A stretch of DNA of 64,000 bases from Entomortierella parvispora E1425 (taxonomy: Eukaryota; Fungi; Mortierellomycota), in contig BQFW01000007.1 in the NCBI GenBank assembly GCA_020891255.1, positions 806,001-870,000 of the forward strand, written 5' to 3'. The notes beneath the pieces were generated by a model. It saw only the letters and a program-made list of their open reading frames with translations, ran no database searches and had not been told where the DNA came from. A program made the position numbers and the translations under genes. This document shows, piece after piece, positions 25,257 through 37,180 of this stretch (its first letter is position 1; the number at the start of each line of letters is the position of its first letter).

Positions 25257-27157
25257 ATGAGTCTAGACCAATGCATCGCTGCCCTCGCCAAGGTCGAGCG
25301 AGGTGCTATTCGAGACAGTAAGCGGAATGGAGCACATGTGATCACCGCAGCCTTTATTTTACGGCTTTGACCTCATACTTTTTTTTATTTTCATTTTCAA
25401 CAGTTTTTGGTCCGATCCCAACGCGGCCAGAGCCCTATTCTCTGAACCTCACTCAAGAATACTCACGGTTTAGCGTGCAACCAGATTCAGGACCAGATTC
25501 AGGACCAGTAACAGGAGCAGGATCAAGATCGCTGCCCTCAGGACCTCGCACGCCTCCCCCATCTTCTGTGCAACAACAGTCATCAGGAAGCAACGGCGAT
25601 GGTCGATTCAGTTGTGGACCCTGTAAAAAATCATTTGGATCAGAGGCAACCTTCCACAGCCACCAGATGAGCGCCAAACATATTGCTGCCGTCAAAGATG
25701 TGGACAAAAAAAACAAGGGCAAAGGAGCATCCAAATCGAATTCTACAAATAACAACGCGCGTGGAAAGCAGCGGGTTGAGGAAGAAGAGCAGGACCATCC
25801 AGAAGTCTCAGAGGCCTTACTATCCTTGCGCAAAGTCGAGAAGATTGTCAAGGAGAACCCAAATATGGCTGCCTCAGTTCTATGGAAGATTGCCAAAGGT
25901 ACAATACAAACCACCACATGGAACCATATGTTGATTGAATATAGCTGTACTAATTTCAAATTTTCAAATTTAGTTCTGTGGTCACATCGCCAGAGCCAAG
26001 AAACAGCCAGAGTCTTGTCACTCTTGATTAATGTTCTTTCAGATTTGCAATCCGCCGCCGCCTCCAACACCGCACCAGCACAACCGGGATCACTGACGCC
26101 TACTCAGATCAGCATGACGTTATACCTTTCGCGCCTTTCGTTGGCAAGGCTCGTTATATACCATTCACCATCCCTCGCAGCACAGTGTTATATGGATGCG
26201 ATCCAAGGTCGTTGGCAAATCCCCCCGGAGGAAATCCAATACATTTGCGAGGTAATGTTCATGCAAAGTTCGCTGACATATGGGGCAGGTTCTGCTAAAA
26301 TTCTGACACTATCTGTATTGTTTTCTTCTCAATTCCAGATGGTGAACACGTCTTCGCAGGCACAAACCCTTGCACATACAAAGACTTTTCTTTCAACACA
26401 CTCCAAAACGGAAAAGTTGATGCAGCCCCCACCTCCACCAGCAACAGGACCAGAGGTAGCCAAGAAAGCAGCAGATCCAAATCTCAAGTTGCTCACAGTG
26501 CTTCTCGAGTGCTCGAGCATGATCATTCAAACAGGTGCCATCGTGCAAGACGGAAAATCCAACAACAAAAGGGACGGGAGTGAAGACCGAGCACTAGGGG
26601 AAACCTCTTTGGGACTGCTGTCAATGGCCCTTGCTCTCGCAGAAGCCAGTGAGGATATACCAGGAACAATTGATCTTCTCAGGACAATGGCTGCTATTTT
26701 CAAATCGCCAACATTCAGGATGCCTTCTTCCGCATCTTCCTGTCTGATAAAAGCTGCTGAGCTTTGTTTCAATCCTCTTTCGTCATCAAAGGCAGCAGAC
26801 GCAGATCTCGCTGTTAAACATCCCCATACCGCCTGGGATCTTTTACAGGCACTGTTATTCGCAACAGAGGCAGGAGATTTCGTACGGATGCGGCACTCTA
26901 TCCGTCTTCTAAGGAGAATATCTGGGCCTGGGTGTTTTCAAGATGTGGATGCGATCGTGCAAGTCGCCCAGGCTGTTCTTGCTCAGGACAATGATTTCTT
27001 ACATTGCGACTCTGCGTTTGCTCTCGAACATTTGCTCCTCCTTGTCAAAGAGACTGGTGACACTCTTGCTGAAGAATCGAGTTTACTGATGTGTCGCTAC
27101 AGTTCACCCCTCGCTTCTGTCAACATGCTCGAGAAACTGCAACAATTAATAAAATGA
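25257..27157 (+). CDS. Uncharacterised protein with one matrin/jazz-type C2H2 zinc finger and a helical C-terminal region
   Basis: GCCACCATG at 25257. Exons 25257-25317, 25404-25898, 25974-26251 and 26339-27157. Zinc finger: FSCGPCKKSFGSEATFHSHQMSAKH. Confidence 0.8.
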
Positions 27158-27364
27158 GGCACGATTTCAATTTGAGTTGTTTAAAGAAATGATTATTTTT
27201 CTTTTTAATGAGGTAGCCAGACGGAGAATGCAATAGATATGGTACATAGGTGAGGGAGGTGATAAAAGATGCTGGGGCATGCAGAAATTGATGAAGGGAA
27301 ATGAAAAAAAACAAAAGCAGAAAACTAAAGAGGTATTTGCTGTTGTCGTTAAAAAAGACATTTT

Positions 27365-29560
27365 TTAACGACGACCACCACGACCACCACGGAATCCGCC
27401 ACCGCCACCGCCGCGGCCGCCACGGAAACCACCACGTCCACCACCACCACGTCCACCGCCAAAACCGCCACGTCCGCCACCGGCACCACCACGACGATCA
27501 TCCATTCTTTGCTCCAACTCGGGCAAGGTCTTGCAGACCTCCAACTTGATGTTGTCGAGATCCACCCACTTGTTACCAGCCAAGATGATGTTGTCGCTAT
27601 CATCGACAACCAACTTCTCAGAGACAACATCAAAGACGACACCCATCATGTCCTTGGTCATGCGCATGCCCTTGACATCCTCATAACCCAACTTGGGGAA
27701 GTTGCGGGTCAAGATGTTGCGGACATATCCAGAGTGCTGGATCTCGTGCGAGAGACGGAACATCATGGTGGTGAAACCCTCAGTGGCCGACATGAGCGAA
27801 CGGGCCTGGACACCAGCACCGTATCCGGAAATCTGGGCAAGGGCAGCAGCCAAAGCCTCGGTGGCATCACCGTTGAAGCTCTCGGCAATCATGGACTCGG
27901 CAATGGGACGGAACATGGGGACAACGTTCTTGACAACCTTGGCAACAATATCAGCAGCATCCTGAGCGGTGGCGGCAATAATATCCTGGGGCTGGGGGGG
28001 ACCGGCCTTGACCATCTCCATACCAGCACGACGCTGGATGTTCTGGATCATGTACTCTTCCTGGGCCTTGAAGAAGGTCACGCACACACCCTTACGACCA
28101 GCACGACCGGTACGTCCGGATCTGTGGACATAGGTCTCGACATCCTTGGGGGGCTGGCAGTTAATGACCAAATCCACCATGGGGATATCAATACCACGAG
28201 CCAAGACATCGGTACAGATGATGCACTTGACCTTGGCCTCACGGAATCCCTGAAGGGTCAACTCACGCTGGGCCTGGGGAATATCTCCGTGCAAAACCTT
28301 GGCATCGGCTCTCAACTTGTCGGTCAAGGCCAACTCATCGGCCTCGGCCTTGGTGTTGGCGAAAATGACGGTCAAACCGCGGTTACCACCATAGACAGCG
28401 ACGACATCACCAATGACGTCCTTGCGCGACTGCCAGGTCGAGGGAATAGCGTAATGGCGAATGTTCTCGTTGGTCTTGATGCGCGAGTTTCCGACCAAGT
28501 CGACATTGATGTACTTGGGGTCCAAGTACTTCTCGACAGTGCGCTTAATCCACTCGGGTGCGGTGGCAGAGAACAAAAGGGTCTGGTGCTTGGGGGCGCT
28601 GGGTCCACGGCTCTCCTTCTGGGTCTGAACGTGCTGAAGGACCTGCTCCATATCCTCGGCGAATCCAATGTCCAACATCTGATCAGCCTCATCCAAGCAG
28701 ACAAAGCGGACGGAATCCAAACGCAAGTTGCCGCGGTTGATGTGATCCAAGCAGCGACCGGGGGTACCGATAACAACATCGACACCAGCACGGAGGGCAG
28801 AGGTCTGCTCGTGCATGGGGGTACCACCATAGACACAGATCGACTTCAGGTTAGGGGCAATGCTGGTGAACTCGTTCGAGACCTGGATAGCCAAATCACG
28901 GGTAGGGGCTAAAATGGAAACGAACAAGAAATGAGATTAGCATCGCATGATATTTTTTTTCTGCGTTTCTCCTGAGCCCATTCCGACACTTTCTGTTGCT
29001 TGTTATCTTTTCTTTCTCAACTTACCAAGAACAAGGACACGGGGGGCGCGACCACGGTCAGCGGTGACGTTCTCCTTGAGCAGGACCTCAACCATGGGCA
29101 AAGCGAAAGCCAAGGTCTTTCCGGTACCGGTTCTGGCACGTCCGAGGACATCGTTTCCGTTGTAGATATAGTTGAAGGTCTCGGCCTGAATGGGGAAGAG
29201 GGCATTGATACCACGGGTGGCCAAGGCAGCGACGGTGGAGGGCGAGATCTTGTAAGAGCTCAAACGCAAGTTCTCGGGGATCTCATCAACAGCCTCGGCA
29301 CCAGCCTCGGGGGTGGTGTCACGAGGGGTCTCGGCGGGGGTGGGGGTCTCCTCAATGCGAGCCTTCTTGAAGCCGGGCTTGACCTCATCGTCAGAGTCGT
29401 CCGAGGAAGAGGCCTTGCGGGCCTTCTTCTCCTTCTTCTCCTTCTTCTCTTTCTTTTCCTTCTTCTCCTTCTTCTCCTTCTTCTCCTTCTTTTCCTTGAC
29501 CTCCTTGACGACCTTGATGTCAGCGGTCTCGGCTGTCACTTTTGTTTCGATAGAGGGCAT
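27365..29560 (-). CDS. DDX21: Nucleolar DEAD-box RNA helicase, DDX21/DDX50 type (GUCT domain, RGG tail)
   Basis: Q motif (LFPIQAETF), ARTGTGKT, PTRDLA, LDEADQML, LFSAT, HGDIPQAQRE and HRSGRTGRAG, followed by a GUCT-like region and GGRGG repeats. One intron at 29025-28909. N-terminal (KEK)n tract. Confidence 0.92.
29423..29497 (-). repeat. 9-bp coding repeat (AAGGAGAAG)n encoding KEKKEKK
   Basis: About eight imperfect copies are visible at the helicase N-terminus. Confidence 0.85.
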
Positions 29561-29860
29561 TGTGTATGTGAGTGTGGTGGGGGGTGGGTGGAGGGATGGG
29601 TATGTACGGAGTGGAGAGTGGTAGTTAGTTCTGACGGAGGGAGAGGGTAGGGGATGGGGATGCGGGCAGGGAGGGGTGTAAGAGGGTAAGGGACAGAAGT
29701 AAACTTTTCAAGGCACAGCCAAGCTAAGGCACAGAAAAAAAGAAAAAAAAAAAAGAAATAAAATCAACAACAAAGCCACCCCTCGTAATTGACCGAGTGC
29801 TCAATTTAAAGTTCTAGCGAGCCCTCTTTATTTGAACGCGCCACCCCGTATGGCTGAAAA

Positions 29861-30862
29861 TCAACAGATATCTTCAAACATGTCTTCCAGGAGAGCATCC
29901 TCCTTGGCCTGTTCACCTTCCCGAATCTTTTGCTCCGCCTCGTTCAAAATCTCTTGGTGCATAGCCTCAATCGATTTCCGAGCATCCACTACGACCCACT
30001 CCTTAGCCTTGAGTCGCAAAAACACTTCCCGGACCTTCTCTTGAAGCTCTCTCTTCTCATACCGCTCTTCTCCAAACCCTCCACGACGTTCAGCCTCGGC
30101 TGTAGGGAGGTCAAGGAATAGAGTAAGGTCGGGTCTAACAAGTCCCTTATCGGGATTCATGCACCATTTGAGATCAAGCCCCTATAGAATTGAAGAAAAG
30201 ACAAGTAAGACAGGTCAATATTTGTCCAGTTTCCAAGGTTCAAGAAGTTGAACTGGCTAGATGACATGCATTACCTTGGCAGTTGAAAATGCAACTCCAG
30301 AGTATGCATATCTATCCACGACCAAATGAGTTCCCTGCTCCAACTTGCGCTTCATAGCTTGCCTAGAAACAAAGAACATATCAAGTTCCAGTTAGATGGA
30401 TTTAGAGCCTCCGAAACAAGCATGGCTGGTTGTGTCTCACGAAAACTGCCATGATCTCTTGGTCAAAGTAATAACTAGGTGGATGGATCTTACATGGCCT
30501 CCCATCTGTTGGCAGAAAAGAGCAAATGGATAGCCTTGTCGTCCAGCTCCTTGGAGTTTGTGAGATAGGCATGGATCATTTGTCCAATTGTGGTCGTTCT
30601 CTCTAGAGACAACCAAGATGATCATGGATCAGTTGCAAGCTATTTCCATATGTCCAAAGTCCTCCACACGAGAGGAGCAGACGTCCAGCCTGTGGAGGGG
30701 ACCGATTGTCTATTCAATGAGTATCAGCCGTTGGGTACCTGGAAACTTGCAGAGCTCCACGGAGTGTCCGCGTTCCTGCAATGCCTTGACAAGCATGGCG
30801 CATTGTGTTGACTTTCCTGCACGGTCGCAGCCCTCCAAAAGAATAAAGCGTCCTCTTGCCAT
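29861..30862 (-). CDS. CDC8: Thymidylate kinase (dTMP kinase), 4 exons
   Basis: [20 protein letters not shown] (P-loop), KFP|[36 protein letters not shown] and GEERYE. Confidence 0.95.
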
Positions 30863-31065
30863 CCTGTGAATTGTCGTCGGATGATGTTTATGAGAATGGT
30901 CTGTGCAAAAAAAGAAGGGTCCTCATCATCCCTTCTTTGGCCGAGGAAAGATGTGCCTCCCTTCAGCCAGAAAAAAAAACGTGACCGCTCTCTTTGCAAG
31001 CTTGCTTTGTGGAGCTTGTTTGGAGATGGTTCTTTCTTCACATCACCGAACAAGGACTCCATTCA

Positions 31066-31614
31066 ATGTCGGCATCGTCTGCACCAACGAAAACACTTTC
31101 GGGCATTCAGGAAAAGGAAGATGACGTCCGCGTCATTCCCATGACCCGCCGGCCCGATGGCACTTATCGCAAGGAACGTAAGGTTCGACCAGGATACACG
31201 CCACCAGAGGACGTGGCCAAGTACACAAACACCGTCCTGAGCTCCAATCGCCCCGCACCAACTCCAGCCACACCCATCTCCACCACACCAAAGACAAAGA
31301 CTCAACTCAAGAACGAGAAGCGAAAAATCAAGCGCAAAGAGGAAACAGGTCCAGAATCAGAACCTTCAATGACAGCCAAATCAGAGACCAAGGAAACAGC
31401 AAAGGCAGAGCAAAACGCGACCACAGCCACGGTAACGGAAGCTGCTGAACCTGTAGACACGGAAAAGAAGCTGCGCGCTTTGAGCAAGAAGTTGAGGCAG
31501 ATCGAACAACTTAAAGAGCGACAGGACAAGGGCGAGACTCTTATACCCGAGCAAGTAGAAAAGATTTCAAAGTTGGAAGAGATCATGGCCCAAATCGCCG
31601 AGTTGAAGATATAA
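31066..31614 (+). CDS. PYM1: Partner of Y14 and Mago (PYM1/WIBG), single exon
   Basis: N-terminal IPMTRRPDGTYRKERKVRPGYTPPED Mago-binding motif and C-terminal KKLRALSKKLRQIEQLKE coiled coil. Confidence 0.9.
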   Translation: MSASSAPTKTLSGIQEKEDDVRVIPMTRRPDGTYRKERKVRPGYTPPEDVAKYTNTVLSSNRPAPTPATPISTTPKTKTQLKNEKRKIKRKEETGPESEPSMTAKSETKETAKAEQNATTATVTEAAEPVDTEKKLRALSKKLRQIEQLKERQDKGETLIPEQVEKISKLEEIMAQIAELKI

Positions 31615-31915
31615 GACAGGAGCAGAGCTGACATAGCAATAAACAATAAACTAGATTTTTGAGGTCAGAATAATCGGCATAGCGCAACGATACGTTTCGT
31701 TTTTATCCGCTGTATCTAATGGTTCTAAGCAGTAAGTGAGGAACAATGCAAGGATATATAAAAGAAGGGACTTTTGGGTGGGTCTATGGTATGATACGAA
31801 TGAGGGCATTGAAAGGGGGCATGAGAAACGGAGAACGCTATGCTAAAGTACATCGTGAAATTTAAAAAAAAAGGGAAATGGAAGAGCCTGCCGGAATAGT
31901 AATGCTGGGTAACAA

Positions 31916-33948
31916 CTAACAGATCAGCTTGCCAATGCGAGCGAGGACGAGATAGAGGAGGGACTGCGTCTGCTCCATATCGATCCAGAGAATGAACAAG
32001 TCCAACGACAGGGTCGTGCGCATGTAGGTCCAGTATGTCTTGAACCAGGTCTTTACGGTCTTTGTCAAAAGCGAGACTGTGATTTTGGATGCCACGACGT
32101 TTGATCGGATAACGGCTCGGTCCGCTTCGTAAATGGCCTGGGCGCAGTACTGACCCATGACAGCGAAAGTCCTCATTTGCGATCCATCGTCGGCTCCCAA
32201 ATCCTCGTCCAGAGCGCGAAGAAGATCGTTGGTCTTGAAGAGCAAAAGCAGATCGCGAGGCACCTTGGCAAGGATGTCGGCAATTTCTGCAATTCTGTTA
32301 CCAGCTCCATCAGCAATCTTGACCATCTCATCCTTTGTACGGACCTTCTTTGTCAGCTGGTTATCCTGAACCACCGACCAGTCGCGACCAGTCAAGATGC
32401 AGGAGAAGAGTTGATAGGCATCCGTACCGCCGAGTTTAAGAGCTCTGTACTTGATTTCCTTCTCGTCGGATGCAATAATGGCCGTCCAGAGATGGGCATA
32501 GTCCAGTCTGAATTCTGGAGTCAATTCGCGGTATAATCCGTGGTCGAGAAGAATAATTTCAAAGTTGCGAGGGGAAGACGATCCAGTAGGAGTGGGTCGG
32601 ATCATCAAGTTTCCTGGGTGTGGGTCACAGTGAACGAACCCATCCTTGTAAATCATTTGCGAAAAGGTGCGCGCCATTTCCTTGGAAACCTCAGAGACCT
32701 TGATGTCGTGCTCCTTGAGATACTCAAGGTCGTCAATCCTTGCGCCGACCATGACTATTAAAATAATATTTGTCAGATCAATTACAAATAACCTCCAATG
32801 TCTTTTTGGTTCCATTTTTTGGAGATGGCTGAATACTTACATTCCATGACAAGAACACGGTTCTTGGACCAGATCACGTCGGGGACTTTGATTGTCGACT
32901 TGCTTCCCTCTGCCCGAGCCTGGTTGAAGTTGGCATTGACACGTGCAGAGTTGGCAGCCTCAAAGTTGAAGTTGAGCTCCTTGGGTAAACTGACCTGCAT
33001 TTCCTCGCTAAGCCATGAGAACTCAAACTCTGGGAAAACATAGGCAACAAAACTTGTCAAAGCCGCCACTGTTTTGATGTCGATGGTTGAAAACTCTTGC
33101 AAAGCGGGGTGCTGGATCTTGACTGCAACTTCCCGACCATCCAAAAGAGTTGCCCTGTGTACTTGTGCCAATGATGCCACTCCAATGGGTTCCAGGTCAA
33201 AAGAAGAAAAGAAGGCTGAAACAGGCTGTCCGATGTCGGACAGGAACAAGGCCTGGATCGACTCAATGGTTGAGGGGGTGCATCTGTCCTGCAGGGGTTC
33301 CATGGCTGTTGTCCACTCGTCAGGAAGCAGGTATTTCAAACTGGCAAGATGTTGGCCCTAAATAAAGCATCATGTCGATTTCGGATGAGAACCTGTCGCT
33401 TGAGCACCTTTTGCATGCCTTCACTTCCACCGATCTGATCAACAATGACGGCAGTCCAAATCACTTACCAATTTGATGTAGATTCCGCCGTTCTTGCGCA
33501 ACATTTCCCTCATGCGGTCAGCACTGCGCTTGTGTAGTTGGCTCTTGCGCTCGAGACGCACCTGATCGTCGATCAGATCTCCCTCCTTCAAATCCCGATT
33601 TGCCCAGTCAAGGGTATACTTGTAATCGACTCCAACAACGACGACGGCCTCTGCCGCCAGCATGACTCGCTGCAGAGCCAAGGTGGTATGTCGGAAGGAA
33701 TCGCTCACGTTGTAAAGAAAAACTCCAGTGGCAAGCGACAAGACGGGAACTGCAACCTTTAATGGGATGCGCCGAGGAAGGGCAATAGAAGGAGACCAGT
33801 TGGCATAGGAAGAAGCCAAGGAAGGTTTCGAGGAAGAGGATGTGGACTGGAATCGCAATGGGAACTGTCGAGGAAGGGCGGTTGTCCTGCGGAGTGATCC
33901 ACCACATGCGTGGGCTATTGAGGACGATGTCGACCTCAGCATGAGCAT
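31916..33948 (-). CDS. Mitochondrial ABC1/UbiB-family atypical kinase (ADCK1/Mcp2-Cqd2-like), 3 exons
   Basis: Presequence MLMLRSTSSS..., NGGIYIKL|GQHL (KxGQ motif), LQDRCTP, PIGVASLAQVH, VAVKIQHP, ELNF..E, HCDPHPGN and LLDHGLY. Confidence 0.9.
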
Positions 33949-34337
33949 GGTTGTGATGAAGGAATGAAGAGGAATGAGGAGAAGGGAAGGAAGGAAGGAG
34001 AGAAGCGGCGTGGAGGAGGAGAAAGAGGAGAATAAAAAAAAAAAAAAAAAAAAAAAGAACAAGAAAACCGCCTTCCCCAGGGGACAGACCCGCCCAGAAG
34101 CACACAGCGAATCATCGCACAGACAAAAGGCCCAAAGGGAAGACAAGGAAAGTCCGTCCCTCTTCCCGACTTTGCCCACTGCAGCACTTGCGATCAGAGC
34201 GGCCTTCCTTGGACACAACACAGTCCACTTTGTGTCTGTCCGTCAACGACCAAGGCGGGGATGGGTGGCATGCTCGCATTCTTTCATTTCATTTCATTTC
34301 ATTCGATCTCCACTCTTTGTTCTCGGCATCAAATCAA

Positions 34338-35942
34338 ATGAACTCGTTCAGCGCCGTCCTTCGCCTGCGCCAGCCTGCCCTCGCCAGGCTCGTCGTCCGT
34401 CCCAGCACCGCTGTCCGTCACTATGCCACCGTCCGCAAGGAACACACCACCGCGTCCAGGGCCGTCAACTTTGTTCTCGGCACCGGTATCGTCGTTGGAG
34501 GTCTTGTCGGTCTCTCCTATGGATTTGATGCGCGTGCTTCCATCCACAAATACGCCCTTATTCCTCTGATGCACTGGACCATGGACCCCGAGACCGCCCA
34601 CAAGGTCGGCATCAAGTTCCTGAAGATGGGTCTCAGCCCCTGGGACACACAGTCGGATGATCCCAGCTTGGAAGTCAAGGTATAGACAAGGCACCAAGGA
34701 CAAGGACAGCAGCGCTTTTTTTCCCCGTCATGGTCCTGCAAACTATTACATTACAATCAAATTAATGGACAGATACTAACATCCTGTCCGTCTTCATGCA
34801 TATAGCTCTGGAACAAGACCTTCTCCAACCCCGTCGGAATGGCTGCTGGATTTGACAAGCACGCCGAGGCGATCGATGGATTGTTTGACCTTGGATTCGG
34901 CTATGTCGAGATTGGAAGTGTCACTCCTGAGCCCCAGGTACTGGATGTCACTGACGAGGCAGGATCAATTGCTCCTGGATAATTGTCAAAAAGGCTAAAC
35001 GAAAGTTGGATTTTTTTTCCTTCTGAATTTCCTGTATAGCCCGGTAACCCTCAGCCTCGCATGTTCCGTTTGCCCGAGGACAAGTGCGTGATCAACCGTT
35101 ATGGATTCAACTCGGAGGGTCACAAGGTTGTCGAGTCTCGTCTTCGTCAGCGTATCAAGCGTTTCCTTTATAAGCACGCACGTGAGGATCAGGAGCAGAC
35201 CTTGGAGAAGATGAAGCAAGGCGGATCTGCTGAATCTCTTGTCGACCACTTGAGCACCAACCGATCCTTGAGAGATGACAAGATCCTGGCGGTCAACCTG
35301 GGCAAGAACAAGGCCTCGACTCCCGAATCAGTAGACGATTACGTGATTGGTGTTGAGCGCTTGGGACCCTATGCTGACGTCTTGGTCGTGAACGTGTCTT
35401 CGCCCAATACCCCTGGATTGAGATCTTTGCAGCGCAAGGGCATGTTGGAGGATTTGTTGAGACAGGTTATCACCGCCCGTGATAAGCTTCAGTCTTCTTA
35501 CAAGCCTCCTCTCTTGGTGAAGATTGCACCCGATCTGTCAGACGAGGAGCTGAAGGATGTCTCGGAGGCAGCTTTGGCCACCAAGGTCGACGGTATCATC
35601 ATTTCCAACACCACCATCTCAAGACCCAGCTCATTGATCAACAAGGAGAACGCAAAGGAGGTCGGAGGTCTTTCAGGACCTGTGGTGAAGCCCTTGGCTT
35701 TGAGAGCCTTGCGTCAGGTTTACAAGCACACTGAAGGAAAGATTCCTTTGGTGGGTTGCGGTGGTATCACAACTGGCGAGGATGCGCTCGAGTTTGGTCG
35801 CGCTGGAGCCAGCATGGTCCAGCTTTACAGCAGTATGGCCTATGAAGGACCCGGCATTGCCCGTGCTGTCAAGGATGGCATTGTCAAGAGACTCAACGGT
35901 CGCAAGTGGATGGATATTGTCGGAGAGGATGCTAGAAAATAA
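34338..35942 (+). CDS. URA9: Dihydroorotate dehydrogenase (quinone), class 2, mitochondrial
   Basis: Presequence plus TM. Exons 34338-34679, 34807-34937 and 35040-35942. Motifs [54 protein letters not shown] and GGLSG. Confidence 0.96.
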
Positions 35943-36141
35943 AGAGTATTATCATTTGTTCATTGAGCAACAATTCAAAACAAACCTCTCTGGCCGTACA
36001 TGTGTGCACAGCCTCCTTCGCGGATGTCCTGGTTTGTGACCAAAAGAATGCGCAAAAAATCATTTTTATCCACCCCCCTCTTTTCATACTTTTTGTGAAT
36101 GCACCTCATTTCCATCGGCAATGCATCTCCAACCTTCGACA

Positions 36142-37051
36142 ATGGCATTCCTCGCTCAGTCTTCTCGCGTCCTGACTGCTCGCGTGACAAAGTCCTGCTT
36201 ACAAACTCAAGTCCGGCCATTTTCATTTCACGCGTCTTTGGTGGCCCAAGGTTTGGATTTATTTTTTTATTTCTTCTTTTGAGGAAGGTCAGTTCAAATG
36301 AGGAATCCAATTCTGATTTTGAACGTCTTGCACATGGTAGTCAAAAAGTACACTGAAAACCATGAATGGATCGACCTGGACAACGACGGCCTTGTCAAGT
36401 TTGGATATACAAAGTATTACCGAGAGAATCATCTCGAGATTTTCGAAATAGAATATTTGGGCCCAGAACCTCCCACCAATGTGAAGAAAGGAGGTCAGTC
36501 TTTTTGTTTGTCACCCGGGGAGAGCGTTGAAAACAGGATAGAAAATCACGGATGGCATTGCTTAGAACAAAAAAATGTGTTTCGTTTCATGTAGATGTGC
36601 TTCTGCACATGTTCAGCGAAAAGCTGTTTCACGAAGTATTCTCGCCAGTGTCAGGAACGCTGGTAAAAGTCAACACCAATCTCATTGAGAACACTCCATC
36701 CTTTCACAGTGTGGCCGATGAAGAAGGTAAAAAATACACAAACAAACTGGATCCCTCTCCCCCTCCTTATTTCACATCCTGCCCTTCGAGTACATTGAAT
36801 TTTTTTTCTCTTCTGATAACCACTTTTCGTGTATTTGCTGTCTTTCAGGTTGGTTCGGCAAAGTCTTGGTGACTCTGGAGGACCAGGAATATGAAACAAA
36901 GGACCTTTTGGACGAGGACCAATATCAAAAGATTGTGGATGCCGAACTGGAGCAGAAGCGAATCGATCATGAAAAGTGGTTAAAAACTCCCAAATATTAT
37001 CATGCCCCAACAGCAACCTGGTATCTTGAAAAACCGGACCACCTTAAATAG
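36142..37051 (+). CDS. Divergent glycine cleavage system H-protein-like protein with mitochondrial presequence, ~198 aa
   Basis: Exons 36142-36250 (MAFLAQSSRVLTARVTKSCLQTQVRPFSFHASLVAQ), 36341-36493 (VKKYTENHEWI), 36595-36726 (DVLLHMFSEKLFHEVFSPVSGTLVKVN) and 36849-37051 (GWFGKV). All phases are consistent. YT..HEW, SPVSG...VN and GW are H-protein landmarks. Confidence 0.8.
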
Positions 37052-37180
37052 GAACATCCGCGATGAGGTCAATACTCCCTCACACCCACCGCTTATTAAA
37101 AGGTCGTACCATATCGGCAATGACACCCTAGATCAAATATTGGGGTCAAAGGATGCCAGCTCTTTATTGATGGCCTGCGA

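Noticed and set aside
27509-28912. 467-aa plus-strand ORF opposite DDX21
   Set aside because: In-register antisense shadow of a highly biased gene; L/G/D/V-rich composition typical of such artefacts.
29861-35942. Pyrimidine gene cluster (CDC8 plus URA9)
   Set aside because: Two unrelated genes intervene; two pathway genes within 6 kb of a gene-dense region is weak evidence without synteny data.
36298-36594. ORF-track start MRNPILILNVLH implying a presequence-less H-protein
   Set aside because: That ATG lies in intron 1 (36251-36340). An upstream exon encoding a clear mitochondrial presequence splices in frame.
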